The notes: generated by a model not told the origin, from the letters alone. DNA of 64,000 nt from an uncultured virus (IMG/VR IMGVR_UViG_3300035654_000005) (IMGVR_UViG_3300035654_000005), one strand, 5' to 3'; positions 30,727 through 45,900 are shown, counted from the stretch's first letter. Translations and numbers: made by a program.

Positions 30727-32094
30727 TTATATGACAATATTCACCGGATTCGTTGGTCCATCGTCAAATGCACTGACGTCAAAGAACAAGGTATCGAAGC
30801 CTGCTGGTGTCAGTATCAATGATGTTGTTTGAGTGGTGGTGGCATTAAAGTTGAGACCATCCACATCATATCCATCAGGTGAACCCCAACCACTCGTTGA
30901 AAATCCACCACTAAGTGGGTTCTCAATAGCTTCACCAGTCCAATCTTCATCGAAGCCCAAACCAAACTGGAAGCTTAGGACCTCTGACACTCGTCCTCTA
31001 CCGTACAAGTCGGGAGCAGATGTTAATTCACACTCTGTTGCTGTATCAAACCCTGAACTAGCGGGATACATCGAACCATCAGTCATTAAGCCGACAGGTG
31101 TTGTATTAGGTACAGGCTCATTCATAATTAAAGTAAATTCGCCAGCATTCTCCAGCATGTATCGAATGGTATATCTACCATTGTTGCGACTTAGATAGGT
31201 GCTGCCAATTTCAACAGAATCGCCTGGTACGAATGGTTCTGCTTGCTGAATACCCAACAAACCAGTACCATAATCAAATATATCTGCATAGTCAGCATAC
31301 TTAGTCGGATATCGAGTAGCAGACAAGTTGAATATACCTGGTGTAGAACCTGGCACAACGTAGTACTGACGGTTGTACTGTATTGGTGTTGGTAGATCAC
31401 CATTTATTGACGACACGTTCACTTTAGTTGGTTTAGTTAGCCACGAAGGTATATCTTCAACCGAGGTAAATACAGCTAAAGTAGCTGGGAATATAATTTG
31501 TGCTGGGATAGGTTCCGTAACCACAACTATAGTGTTACCCAGAACTGGAGTAACAGTCGATACTACATATGTTTTGTTAACTACGCCACCAGATAATCGT
31601 TCTATATTGAGACCTACCGTCAATCCTGGTGTAACCAAACCTGCAAGGTTGCCCGATACCGTAAAGCTGCGATCGTTTGTGTTTGATGCGGTGATAGGAA
31701 AACTAGTACACAACCTAAAACTGTTTGAGTTGAACGATGTGGTATAAAAATTCAACACTGGTGCAGTTGGTGGAGATATAGTAAAGCTGTTAGCTGTTGG
31801 AGATGATTCATCTCTAGCTTCTGCACGAATAATGGCATGTGGAGTTGGAAGACCAACAGGAGAATCCCAAATATGACCAAATCCACAATCAGCAAACAGA
31901 ACATCTCTAACCGTTGAGCGTTTTTCAATCAACTTTTCATCACGGTCTATAGCTGTACCAATAGCTAAATCCCGATATACGTACTCGATCTGGATGTCGA
32001 GTACTTTTGTATGAAACGGCTTAACGTGTTGAACGTAATCGATTAGACCTCGAGTGGGTTCAATTCTGGTAAGTGTTTGTATTAAATTTGCCAT
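30727..32094 (-). CDS. Virion structural (baseplate-associated) protein
   Basis: YVQHVKPFHTKV N-terminal motif, G(F/W)D repeats, position in baseplate block. Confidence 0.6.
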   Translation of the reverse strand: MANLIQTLTRIEPTRGLIDYVQHVKPFHTKVLDIQIEYVYRDLAIGTAIDRDEKLIEKRSTVRDVLFADCGFGHIWDSPVGLPTPHAIIRAEARDESSPTANSFTISPPTAPVLNFYTTSFNSNSFRLCTSFPITASNTNDRSFTVSGNLAGLVTPGLTVGLNIERLSGGVVNKTYVVSTVTPVLGNTIVVVTEPIPAQIIFPATLAVFTSVEDIPSWLTKPTKVNVSSINGDLPTPIQYNRQYYVVPGSTPGIFNLSATRYPTKYADYADIFDYGTGLLGIQQAEPFVPGDSVEIGSTYLSRNNGRYTIRYMLENAGEFTLIMNEPVPNTTPVGLMTDGSMYPASSGFDTATECELTSAPDLYGRGRVSEVLSFQFGLGFDEDWTGEAIENPLSGGFSTSGWGSPDGYDVDGLNFNATTTQTTSLILTPAGFDTLFFDVSAFDDGPTNPVNIVI

Positions 32095-32095
32095 A

Positions 32096-33034
32096 TTAAG
32101 CGTGTTCCGTAGTGTGCATCATATTTATGGAATCAAACTCCGATTTTAGCAGTGGTACCATAGATAATGGAAAACATTCTGTCCAACCCGTATGATTTAA
32201 TTCTATTAGTGATTTCACTTTATATCTATCATCAGAGTATCTCAACAATAAACCTTGCTCTATACTAAACGCTGTATAGAGTGGAATCGTGCATGTTGCT
32301 AAAACTTTAAATTTCATTCCAGGAAAGCGTTGTTTAACACTACTCTTTTTAGTTATACCAATTTTACAAAAGGTACCGTCTACCTCTATTAAATATAGGT
32401 TAGCGGCAACGCTTTTCATTTCTGGATGATTCGTAAAATATTCTAATGAATATCCTCCACCCTGTTTGCGAGATCCACAAATTGGACAACCGACTCCGTT
32501 AAGATGATCAGCTGGTCGTTGTTCAAACACACCGTGTATTTTACACGTAATTTTAACATTATTGTTCATACCATTCATCTCAACATCATGATACACATAA
32601 GCATCACCATGCGCTTGAGTTGCTCGTTTAATAAACTCTGTGGTGGTGACTTTTTTAGTGCCACCACATGACGGGCATCCATACTTAGTTAGATGATCGT
32701 TTGGTTTTTGTAAAAAGCTTCCATGGTGTGGGCAGGTAATGTCCACTTTGGTTGCTGAGTTAGTATACAGTACGTTCTCATACGTGTACTTTGAACTATG
32801 TTTGGTGGTTGCTTTTTCTACAAACTGTTCCAGTGTAAGGTTCTGACGTTCGTTACAAAATCTGCACCCTCGCCCTGCTAAGTGATCTGATGCCAATTGT
32901 TCAAACTCACCGTGTATAGAGCACCCTACAGTAAGCTTTTTACTCATGCCATGATACGTAGTGTTGGTGTAATCGTAGCGAGTGCCATGAACAGCACTCG
33001 CTTTGTCGATGAAATATTCAAGAGATTTAGTCAT
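32096..33034 (-). mobile_element. Free-standing homing endonuclease-like gene (DUF723-type Zn repeats plus GIY-YIG-like C-terminus)
   Basis: Three repeats F...A...H...Y.Y...(K)..I.C..HG.F.Q.P.DHL...GC..C, then LYLIEV...KIGIT and GWTECF. Confidence 0.72.
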
Positions 33035-33058
33035 CTCTTATTTATGCATCATTGGGCT

Positions 33059-36000
33059 CTAGTCATCAAACAAACCATTCACGTCTAGTATTCTAATACC
33101 ATGTAGTGCCACCCACGACGTCTTCATCAGTTCTTTGTATTCAGCTTTGCTTGTAAACGCATCAGCTAACAGTTCGAACCACAAGTTGTTAACTGTTTCA
33201 GTACCAAACGTATTGTATATTTCATCCATCGCTGCACGAATTGCGTCAGGTGAGTTGAAATCATACTTAGTCAAGAACGTGTCAACGTCTATTGGGTAGA
33301 AGTCACGTGATGGATCACGTAGGAATGCTACCAATGTGGAGAGTGCTAAATCCTTACGAACAAAAGACTGTCCTTCAGCTAAGCCAAATTGAGTATCAGT
33401 TAAGAATAAATCATCATATAATACTCTGTTTAGTGCAGGCACACGAATCGTCTGATCGGTTAATTTGTAGCCAATCATCGATTCAGTAGCTCTGTCCCAC
33501 AATCTGCGGTCTATTGTGTTTAGTTGTTTGTTGCGAATCATTAGCCATTCTTGGTGCTTAGGTTTAAGATCCATGTTGCCGTTGATTGTGTTTGGTTGGT
33601 ATCTCAAACTCAAGTCACGTGTGAACTGTACAATGTAGCGGTCGTTATCACGTATTAATGACGACAAGCTGCGCAATATAACAGCACGGTAAAACACCGG
33701 AATTGTAATAAATTGTTCAGCTAAATCAGGAACACCAAATACTTTTCCGTATTCACTCTCACCAAAACCATACGCTTGTGTGAACGAAAAATCTGGATCA
33801 TCTAATGGATTTTGTTGAATGAAATACGGAATAGGAATCTCTCTCAACTGTGACGTGATTTCAGCAATACTCAACTGGTTGCGAGCCGTTGCGCTGCGAT
33901 TTTGGCTATTTTGTATCCAGAAGTAATAGAATAGCGTTGGAGCACCATTCACCATGCGTGATGATGTTGAATATTCAACACTCTCTGTCCACAATACAAC
34001 TTGTGTGCCGTCATCAGGTTCAGCCGCAATTGCAATTTCTTCTGTTGTAACAATGTGGTTAGGACGCACGATTTCGTAAATATCACGAATTAGTACTGTA
34101 TCTGGTAACACAATCTCAAAGCTAGATCCAATTACGTCATTTGCTAAGTAGATACCGTTTTTGTACAACTCGACAGTATCGCCGACATTCCATCCCAATG
34201 ACGAATCCAATTGAATAGTTGGACTTACTTGTGTCGTTTCGTATACGATGCCTGGTAAGAAACGCTGAGTTACTAATTTATCCTTGGTCCATTCAATTGA
34301 TTGGAAACCTTTAGTGTACGTAATGTTAGTATAGGCCGTTCCGATATTGATTATTTCACCATCTATCGTAGAACCTAGAGTTAAATCCGTGTACAGATAG
34401 TTTGCAGGTATTGCTGAACCAGAGTATACTGGATTTGTGCCCAACACCACGTATGGAGCTGCTGATTCTAGATCATCACCAAACAGATCTGATGTCAACA
34501 CCACAATATCTTCAGCTACAAATATGTCATTTGTTACGCGTACTAGGTTTGTAAACGCACCTGTTGAAACTGTGATTGACGACACACCAGATATTGAGGT
34601 GAACAGTGTACCACCTGTTACTATTAGTTCTACTGGACCTGCTGATGCTGCAATTAGTTGAATCGCAGTGGTTGTAACATCGGTGTATAGTACGTCGATG
34701 CCGATACTCATTTGTATGAAGTCAGCAACTGCGCCGTATGTAGTCAACTGTGAACCTAATGCACTCACCACATATACTTGTCCATCTACACTAATCGAAG
34801 CTGTGTAAGTAGTAAGAGCTGATAATCCTGTTGGGCGAGCCGCACCAACGCCAACAGACGTATTAACCGACACAGTTGAGTTAGTTAAGCCCACAACTTG
34901 AGCATCGTTATATATTGTGCGAGTTTTAGTAAACGATGTTGGCTTAACATCACCTGATGGAGTTATTCCACTAGCTAATGGTTGACCAGCTTGTACCAAT
35001 TCAGTCCATCTATCAGGATGAACCGGTGATTCAACCCACTCAGAAGCTGAGACATATGCCCAATCAGCCATCTTACCCCAGTTGCGAACACGATCTCGTA
35101 TTACAGGGAATATTTGCTCATCGTAGTATGGAACATATGACAACAGCGATGAATCTACCCAACGAGTACCCACTTCGTTGAACGTCCATGGACGTTGCAA
35201 GTCTGTTGTTGATAAAGAATTCGAATATAATGCAGGATCAGTTGTCAACAAGTCAACGTTGTGAATTGCAATATGATAATGTACGCCTCTAGCCGGATCC
35301 CACATAGGAATCAGTGAGTTGGTTGTTTGTGTTTTTACATCGATTAATCGAGCTGTGTTATTTTTAGCTGCTGATGGTACTAAGCCGTAAAACGTTAAGA
35401 ATACGTCATACGTCGAAGCGTTTTCGATTAACGATGGTAGATATACGTTCACAATGTGGCTATTGATTCGGCTATGTGTATCTGGACCTTCAGCAAGCAC
35501 TGATGTTTCATAATCATCGATTACGTTAGCAGTGTGTGGTGTGCGTGTAATTACACGCACAGCATCAACAGGTTGTGCAAACATAACACGCAACGCACCA
35601 TTAATAACAAACATATTGTCTACTGTCGTTGGAGTCCACGTTTGTGTTAATTCGTTGTACACATTAGTAGTAGAATCTGTAGGATTTACCCACACAACCG
35701 ACGATTTCTTAGCTTCAAATATGCTGATTGGTGCGGTATCTCCAACATAAGCATGTACTGTCTCAGCAACGTCAACATCTAAGAACAATCCTGTGTTTTG
35801 ATCAGGTTGTTTGTAGTAGCGAGTTTGTGAGTTTGGTTCTACAACTTCAAAACCATTCTCAATAAGATCCAACGTCTCCACGCTGTCAATCTCACGAGTT
35901 GCTGCTGCAAACACTAGTTGAATATCAGCTAGCACTGCATCATCAGCTCGCAGTTTGATTTCTGGATAGTATTTTGGACGTTTGTCACCAAAGTCAGCTT

Positions 36001-39000
36001 GTTTCCAAGCCCAAAACTCATCAATCTTAGCGTCAACGAATCTACGTGAGTTGATGTATGCATTAATCGATTCAACAGAACCCTTGCTTTGGATCATACC
36101 ACGATAGAATGCAAACTGAGATGCTGGATTTACATTCAACGCATCTAAGAAAGATAAATTGCCTGTGTAATCAAACAACTGCTTGGAGTAACGTGCTGTA
36201 TCCGTTTGCGCAATTTGATCATATGCACTATAAAATGTTTGGATATCTGAGATGCTACCTTCAATGTTACGCTTGAAGTCAGAACCAATCAAGTAATGAC
36301 CACCAATAGTTGGACGCAATGTGTAGTTGCTCGTCTCGTAATAATCTAGGTTGAATCGTTTAACATTCAAGCCAACGAACGGATCGTATATGTACGAACC
36401 AGACAATGTATAACTATTGAACAACACAATGTGTTGGTATTTGTTAACAAATAGATGAGCACCACCAATGTGTAAGTAATTGTAAGGATCTTCAATACCA
36501 GCAATTTGCAGTTCAACGTCATTTGGTACGTTTTCTAATATTTTGATTCTACTTTCCAAATCAGAACGGAACACCAACAAGTCTGTAGATGAGATTGGGC
36601 GTGCGTATTGATCGAATAACGTTTGGCTAATTCTAGCATCAGCTTGAGCTCCACGCAATACGTTAGCCAACATACCAACTGGAGTATTGAATACAATTTG
36701 GTTTCGTGTTGGGTTCAGTTCAAATGATGGATATGCTTGTTGGTTCGCCATCATGGAGATGAATATAGTACCACTTCCGATTGAAGTGATATCGATAATC
36801 GCCAGTGGATCTGCTGACTTGTACGCTGACAATTTAAACGTATTAGGACCAGTAGGTATGTAAAAATATTGTGTCGATGATGCTGTTCCTGTAGGTAATG
36901 AACCAGTCGTAGTTAGTACGATTGGTGTTCCTGATATCCAGCCTGGAACGTCACTAACAAATGTAAACTCGTCAGTTGAAACGTTGCTTACGTTAATCTC
37001 GTAGCGATCGCTTAATTTAATCGAAGAGCGACGAATGCTAAATGCCCAATCGATAAAGCGTTCAACTTCACTTTGCCATGCAACTAATCTACCTGTGTTT
37101 GGATCATATTCGCTGTAATCACCTGCACCATATACAAGTCCACGTGCACGCTGAACAGCTTCGTACCCATCCACAATATCAATCAACGCTTGAATACCCG
37201 CTATTGACGTAGGTGGAGTTATTTTATGCGTAACGCGTTCATCAATTGCATAGTGAATCCACTGTTCTTTCGAAACACTAGCCCCACCGTACACTTGGAA
37301 TGTTGAATGTACTTCACCAATGTAGAATATACCTTGACCTGCCGTCGTAAAGTCGATTACGTTACCTAACATAGCATCCACTTGTGTTTCAGCTAAACTG
37401 AAAGAGTAGTCATTAACTCTAACTACGTAGTACGGAATGTCTTTCAACAGCGGCAGTGGTAGTTTTTTGGTTGTCGTTAAAATAACTTGATCGCCTGTAT
37501 TCCAAGGCAACGTTACACGATCAGCAGTAATCGTACCGATAGACAAATCAACTAGTTGCTCAACAAAATACAATTTTGTTAAGTTTAATGCTGGATCGTA
37601 TGTAGCTGCGCGAACGGTATATGTACCATTGTTTGCTGTTGAGTTTGTAACTACAACAGTATCACCCGATTTGAACACATTTGTTTGGTCATCGCGTATC
37701 GACATCCAGTCAGATACATCGTCAGATTGCACGACTGGATATTCAAAAATAGTAGCGATTGTTGAATTTACAGCAAACGTAAATGGATATTTCTTAACAC
37801 CATACACATCCATTGTGCGATTTACTGGTGAAAGTGTTGATAACGATAGTTTCCAACCCAACTCATTATTGTATTGCATAATGGCTGGTGGTATAGACAA
37901 AACATCGATACGGAACGCATCCACCCACACATCATCGATTGTACCATCTTTAGCAAGCACTATATTGTAGTCTTGTGTGGTAATATCAAAGTATTTGTTT
38001 GTTGCACTGAATGTGCTAGTATCGACAATACCGTTTGTTTGGTATCCTAAGTACGGAGTCCAAGTTTTCCACAGTGTATTGAACGTAGATCCTGTATCTC
38101 GGCCAGCATAACGATTTTGGTTAACATACCATTGATTTAAACCACGAATCGATACATTAGATGTTTCATCCAGAGATTCTCCGTGAAATTGAATAGCATC
38201 GTGCGAATACACACGTTGACTGGTTAGGTCGTAACGCAAACCACCAACGTCAACATAATCAGGTCCAAATGCATAATGTAAGAACTTCACAGGTTGCATC
38301 AAGAAATCAATAATCAACAGATCGTACTTATACGACGTAGATGTGTTCCAAGCCCATTCTACCGGTCCCACAAATCCAAATGCATAATCGGAGTTAGGTG
38401 AGATGATCTCAACGCTATAGTTGGTAAATAGCGATCTAACATCGGGTCCCGCCAGTGATGTTGAAGTGTTAAAGTACGGAGGCAACAAATCGTCTGGTGC
38501 AAAACCATTTACTAACGTAGTATCGCTATCAGATATGTTGACTGGAACGTAGCTATATGTAGGAACTGTACCGACTGGAGGTGTTTTACCTGCAGGGATG
38601 ATACCATTTAAAATATTGTACCACATACCAGTAGTTGTAGCGTGAATATACTTCCATCTACGATTGCCGTATGTTTGTGTATCTGTGTTCAAATACTCTG
38701 CATTCCACCAATCAGGTTGGCTTTCATAACCTTGAAGTTTCCATGGTTCTAAGTGTGGGACTGGAGTATTGAACCAGTCGTTATACAAACCTTGCCATGA
38801 TCCCAAACTAACGTCTTGTGTTTCTGACGATGGTGGTGTACTAATTGTACTAAACATGTAGTTCCACGTAAATGCATCCGTGGCGTTGTATCCAAGGTTT
38901 ACAANNNNNNNNNNACAAGCGATTCAGCCACAATTTGGCTTACATCAATTAACGTCCACAGTGATCCGAGGTTTCCGACTGGATCTGTTGTTGGAATCCA

Positions 39001-42000
39001 TACATTTCCCTGCACCTCATATACTTGTTGTTCAACTGTGTTGTAATATTTTGTACCATCAGTCATAGCTGAAGTGATTATCGGTTCAACGCCTGCAATT
39101 GCAACTGCTTGCAATTGGTACAAGTTACGCGTACCAAATGTAGTAGTGTACCACAATTTGCCAATTACGTTAGTAGAACCCACAAATGTAGACAATATAG
39201 TTGCATATGACGTTGGTGGTAATGACGATGAGGTATGTGTTAATTTCACACCATCCGAACCTGTTGCTGTCAGTAGTGGTTGAATAACATCAAATGCTTG
39301 TGATGAAGAATACGATATTGTAGAGCGATGACCGTCGTGATGCAACACTTCCGTTCTTGTACCATCTGTCAATACTAACGGACGGATCGGATCAGCAAAA
39401 CCAAACATAGGCAATGTTGAGATCCAGCTCTTGATACCAACGTCGCCTGTAGGATTATATGATGAGCTGTCGCCATATAATCTGAAATTGAAATCATTAG
39501 TTTCGTACTTGTTTATAACTTCACTGCTGATAGCGTCATACAGTCCACGAGAATTGATTGGTGATATTGTAGAAAACACCTCTGTTAGACTATCTACAGT
39601 GTATTGCTTAATGCTCAACAAAGCATTGTCGTACTGTGATTCTGCAAACTCGATCACAGATACTGGTGACGTCTCAACGTCGTTTATTGCAGATATCAAC
39701 AAGTCGAAGCTGTCGTTGTGTTCACGAATAAGTCCACCCAATCCAGGATTAATAGACTGTTGAGTGTATGAGTAAGCACCACCACCCTGCAATGCAGGTA
39801 CAGGTAGTTGTTTAACCAAAATATCATTAAAGTGGCTTACTAATTGGGCGTATGATACATTAACTTTGTTGTCGTGCTCACTGTTGAAGTACCACTGACT
39901 TAGAGTTTCCCAACTACCACGTTCGTCACCTATCGCGATAGGTGCTTTCAACGAATCTACGTATGCAGGTGTGTATTGCTCGGCGTTATTACCTTGCTTC
40001 CAAACTGTTTGTAGCAATGGATCGGAATCATGTGTACGTACGACTGGAGTCACCTGGGTTACCCATTGTTCCAATATTACGTTACGTGCTTTTATAACAG
40101 AATTCGTAGTATCAAACCACAACGCTTGTGGTACGTTGTTTAAGTCCATCGGTTCGAATTGAGATGCCACGATTTCAGATATATGGTCTAAACCAAGTGA
40201 ATCAGAACTAGAGTATGTATTGCTGTATGCTGTACCAGTCCACACTTTAACTGTGTTAAGCAATGGACTGTACCAAATAAATGGTGATGATTTCAACAAT
40301 CTGTATGCACGCGTTAGAGAACCATCCAACAATGTTTGGTTGAATACAAAGTCTCTACCATCATCAAGAGATGTGATTCGACGTTGAGTAGCAAGATTAA
40401 TCTTGTTGGTGTCTGATTCTTCGTATGCAAATAACGAGGCCGCTGACACCACTTCACTTGTAGTGATATCATAAACGTTGAATAATGGGTATTGGTTCAA
40501 TTGAGATTTTTGCTGCTCTAAACGCTCGTATTTTATCAAACTAGACATTACTGGTTGTGTTTTTGCAGCGATAGCTAGAGCAAAGTCAACTTCACTTTCG
40601 ATTGTACGAACAGGGACTAAACCCAGTTTAACATCAGATACCGCTGATGGACCAACTTCCAATCGAACAGTTGCTGATGTTGGAACAGCTTGATCAAACG
40701 TAACACCTGTAACATATTCAATTGATGGAGATAAAGAATCATCCGATGTGTATGATGTAGTACCAATCATCACATAATCAGCATCAACAGTAGCTGTATT
40801 TTCTACGTAATTACCATACTGACGTACACCATTCACGTATACACGCAATTGGGAACCACCAGCAACCGCATACACACTCGATGGATTCGCAGGATTGTAT
40901 GTCAGAGATGGCAATAAGTCCACGACCGTTACTACACCAGTTGTGATAGTTTCTTGATGATATGCAGAGAAGTATGCTTCTCCAATCGGAGTAGATTCAA
41001 CGCCTGTATTGATGCCATCTCCCGTGCGCAATGTTTGTGGTGATGCTGGTACTTGTGTAGTAGCATCTACATCCAACAACCAATGGACGTGGTAACCTCT
41101 CCACGAATCGCCTTGGCTTGTACGCACCGGTTCAATGCGGCTGTGTACAGCGGTACCACCTGACGTAGCACCGTCGTAATCCAACTCGTCGATATACACT
41201 ACAGTTACGTGAGAAGCATCTCGCACAGCTATAGGATCAGAACTGTTGGTTTCTCTGAATATTGAGAACGTAGTCGTACAAACGTTCGTGCCGTTGGTAT
41301 CATCAGTGGTTCTGAATACATATCCTGGTTTAAATGTATCTGTATAGTTGATATTAGCAGATTGTTGCTGGTCAACATCATACAAGTAGAATATCCAAGA
41401 CTGTGGTAGTCTAACTGCGGTGAATCCTTTGATTGGATCAAGTTCTAAACGGAAAGGTTCTGAAGTTGTGTTAACAAACGTATTGTTAACATCGCTGCGA
41501 TACTTCCAAGCATAATTGTTCTGTACCCAATTGTTAAGTTCGGTGCGTGAATCGTACTCGATGATAGGAACCGCCGCTCGCTTAATACCAACAGAAGATT
41601 GAATTTGTGATTTATGTATCCATTTATTTTGAGTGTACCATGGGTTATCAACTTGAGCTTCACAACCAACCGTAGCATCCCAAGCTTGCGTACCTGTAAA
41701 TTGTTCAACTACTATAGAAAATTGGGTAACCGTTGTTTTCCAAGCATCACTAGCATCACGCACCAACAATTCATCAGTTGATACATTGTACCATATAGAA
41801 CCAAGCACAGGAATACCGTTAGCTGAAATCCACTCAGCTTCAGTTAAGAATGAAATCGCATCAAGTACAGCATCACTCCACTGTATATCACCCAATTGGT
41901 TATCATCCCACAGCGCAACATCCCAACCTACTTGTTGATCACATGCACAATCTGCACCACGACGATATACTTCTAACTGGTATGTAAGATCTGCGGAAAC

Positions 42001-42846
42001 TTGTGCTTGTGATGATGTGTGAACCCATGCGTTACCATCCCATGCTGATAGTTGCATCGTTGTTGTATTATACCACCATCTTCCGATTGATGATGGTGGC
42101 GGTGTGGTTGCTGATTTAATGGCAATCGGTTGAAGTACTGTGATTGTTGTTACGTTAGCTACTGCTTGTGAGCTAACTACAGTCCATACAGTGGTTAAGA
42201 AATTGCGATTTGTAGTATCAGATGTTTTGAATCTGAATCCAGCATTAAAAATATCAGCACAGTCGTTATTGATGACGAATGTGTTGTTTACGACGTCGAT
42301 TGCAGCGATTGCGAAACTTTCGCCTCGTTGAGATATAATATTGCTATACGAATCAACACGCGATTGAGCCTTATTACAGGCACTCTCAATAGTGAAATAT
42401 TGCGGAGCATCGTTGTTGTCAGAGGTTTGCCAAAAGTAATTGTAGTAATTTACCAACATGTCCATGTTGATCGGAGGTACCCAATTAAATTTTGTGGTGG
42501 TGGCCCATTCTGGCAACTTGTCAGTATTAATCCCCAACAATGTCAATTGTTCTAGGAATGATTGTTGCGTAAGTGTCTGACGCTCAACACCAATGTTAGT
42601 CAACATTACAGGTTCTAGTTGGAATGCATCAACGTGAGGATCTGTCTCGACTATACGACGGGAGGTTATAGATGCAGCGTTACGATCACCAACATATCCG
42701 TTGATACGCGTGGTGTTATCTTTGGTAAGGTGTCTATTGTGAGCACCTTCAAACAACGTGACATTGATGTCAGAACGATTTACTTCTGGTAAGTATTGGT
42801 CGATACGTGTTCTGTTTTGTTTGTGATCTGATTTGTTTGCCACCAA
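33059..42846 (-). CDS. Giant baseplate wedge-like virion protein (at least ~3260 aa; one gene across gap 38905-38914)
   Basis: Both ORF halves run open into the gap (VNLGYNATDAFTWNY precedes the second half); late promoter 42872-42878; lies between gp6-like and baseplate genes. Confidence 0.7.
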
Positions 42847-42911
42847 CTGCTCCTGACATGATTATAGAAAATATTTATGTGAGGGTGCAGTTGGGTAAAA
42901 CAGCTGTGTTA

Positions 42912-45900
42912 CTAATTATTCAATCGAATGTTAGTTGGTGTGTATGAAGTAACCACCTCAACGTCCTCAATATTAATATCAGCGTAAAATATTTCATCTT
43001 CTTGGCAGTATATCTGGAACAAATCACCAAATTGGCTTGCTGATCCTGTAGGTACAATTACCACCGAACTTATTTCAGATTTCAGAGCATTGTGGATTGC
43101 TGAAATTAATTCCGTTACATAAAAGGTTTCACCAAATTCCCATTGGGTAATATCGAAGAAATTGCGGATAGTCGAAACCACAGTAGACTTAACTTGGTTA
43201 TCAGTTAATGTAGCTACTTCAGAACGAACAACCTTGAATACTCCACGCAAAGCTGGTTGTGATTTATCACCAAACAATAACTTCATTCTACCTGGATGAA
43301 CAACCGCTGTATCTGATACCATCTTATTTCGAAGCAACGACGCATATGAAGTTCTCAGATCAAGCGGCGTAGGCAATTGTGGTTGTAGTGCTGTTGGATC
43401 TTGAATCCAACGACGTAACTCTGTAAAATAACCTTTAGTAATAACAAACAAGTCTATGATGTTAGTTGGAGACGGATCAACCAAATAATATCTAGGTGAA
43501 CTATGTGTCCACATAAAGTTTAACTTGTCACGACCTGGTCTGCGAGTCCACAGTGCAAATTCCGGTTCAGTCGTTTGAGTGCTAATCACATATGATTGAA
43601 CAGAGTTTGTAGATGTAATAGCTGGTTGGTACACATCCGATAGACTCTGACGAGTAAGGTACACGTAATCATTTATTTGTATTACAACAGTTGCTGATTC
43701 TCCACTCGATCCCCCCTCACCTTCTGGTCCTGCACCACCACTGTTTGACACTTGTATGGTGTTTGATACTTCAAGATCATCTTCAGTAATCGTAATATCA
43801 CCCATAGGCTGAGTGGATGATACCAGTTTGATATCTCCTGCGCCAGGAATGTATAGTATAGGCAACGTAACTTCAATGGTTTCGCCTGCTGGTACAACTA
43901 CGGTTACACTCGGATTGAGTATATCAGCTAGCCCTTGAGTGGCAGGGTAAGTTATAGATAGATTGTCAGGAATGCGGTCGCCATTATCATCTCGTGGCAA
44001 CACGATTACCTTTGAGTCAGCTGGTAGGCCAGCATCGAGACCTACATCTACAATAGATCTACCGAGAATGTTGTACACCCAGTTTTGTTGCAACAATTTT
44101 GTTCTGTTGTGGTCAGGATTCGCTTGAAGAATCACAATTTGATCTAGTTCAGACTGAAGTGAGTCATAATTCACTACTTTATTACCGTCGTTGGTTGACC
44201 AGAAGGTTGTAGTTGGACTCTCAAACGTCAATCGACGGGCTGAGCGAGATACTACATACTTAAAGAAGTTCGTCTGTGGTTGTTTGATCGTAATCAACCC
44301 AGCTTCAATGAATGGATTAGTTGGTCCCGTTACCCAAAAATTTGTGGTCAGATCACCAGCTGAGTTGGTTGCACCTTCACCGAGATCCACTGCTGGATTT
44401 GCTCCTGGCGTTGAGCCATCATTTAAACNNNNNNNNNNCTTCAATTGCAAACCACGTCGAATCAGTTTTTCTGAAGTACAAAGTTGCTGACGCAGGAGAG
44501 CCGGCGGCTAATAATGCATCCAATATAGATTGCTTTTCAGCAGGAGTGAATATACGTGGAATATTAACTACATCAACGCCCTCTGATACCAAGCGTACAA
44601 ATAAGTCTGTAGAAGCCAACAATGGCTCTACGTAGTTAGATATCAAATCACTCGTGGATACTTCATCTGTTGTGGATGAAACGTATTGATCTTCAAAATA
44701 AAGGTAACCATCATTGCCAAATATCTTAACGTTTTCATAATTTGTGCTAGTGTCGTGCCATGGAATGTACTTAGAGTCGCCAGCAAATGTGCGATTTACA
44801 GCACGAAGTTTCAATATCGATGGATCTTGAAGCAGGAATATATTGTAGTCTTGGTTGTTAACCATACGATCCTGTGTATAGTACACAGCAGGAGCTGTTG
44901 AACGGATGTGTTCCAACGTTTCAGCAGCAGATGCATTTTGTAGCGAACCAATTAACGATACTGTAAACGTACACGTTTGTGTTTGGTTCAAACTATCAGT
45001 GTAGTTAAACGATACAGGTACGTCAACCACAGAACCTTGTGGGATTACAATGTCTTCATCCGCTGATGAACGAACCCAGATATCAAACGTACCACCTGGA
45101 ATGTTTGCAAATTCGCCATCACCAAATATCAATCGAACTTGGTTGTTGTCACGGGTTTCAACTTCATACTTAGAACGTTTTGGATTGGTGTTAAACGTGA
45201 TGTTTTGAGCGTGTGCAATATCTACCTGCTCCCATTCACCCGATTTACCAATGTCACTGCGTTCACGGACGATTGTATTCGTTTCTTGGTCTAGTATCTC
45301 ACCAGTAACTGGATCGATTTGGTTGACCCATACGTCGGTATCGTTAATGTTTGATACCGGAATGTTAAATATTTGTGATGGTGTGATACCGTCAAATGTA
45401 GTATTGAGTTTCTGAAGCGAACCTTGTTTCGTAAATGCAAAGAAGCCTGTAGTATTAGACTCATCACCAAGACCATCCGTACCATACAATATAGTAAAGT
45501 TTGAATTGTTTTGTGGGCGGCGTTCAAGCAATCCACTATCGACGTCATACTTAACTGGGACCAATTCCATCGGAACCGTTCTGCCGTTAGCGTTAGCTGA
45601 ATAACTAAACACACCGTTTGTTATTGGATTGTTGCTTAACGAATATAACTCAAACAACACATCTTGTATTTGGAATCGATCAGTTGGACTAACATTACCA
45701 ATATTCTGATCAAGCACGCGATTCATAACTAAGATGAATTGTTCTTTCCACGCAGGATTGCTTGAGTCATTCCAGCGAATAGTTTTGTTGGCAAGTTGAG
45801 TACCATTTGCAGATGTTAGACGCTCTGTTGTAGTAACAGATGAGAATTTTACCAATCCACGTGCTGGGATTGGACGAGAGGCTGTGTATGAGATCAGTTT

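Noticed and set aside
44419..44450. Two overlapping ORFs suggesting a frameshift in the gp6-like gene
   Set aside because: The junction is an N-run; same situation at 24330, 38905, 52783 and 63406
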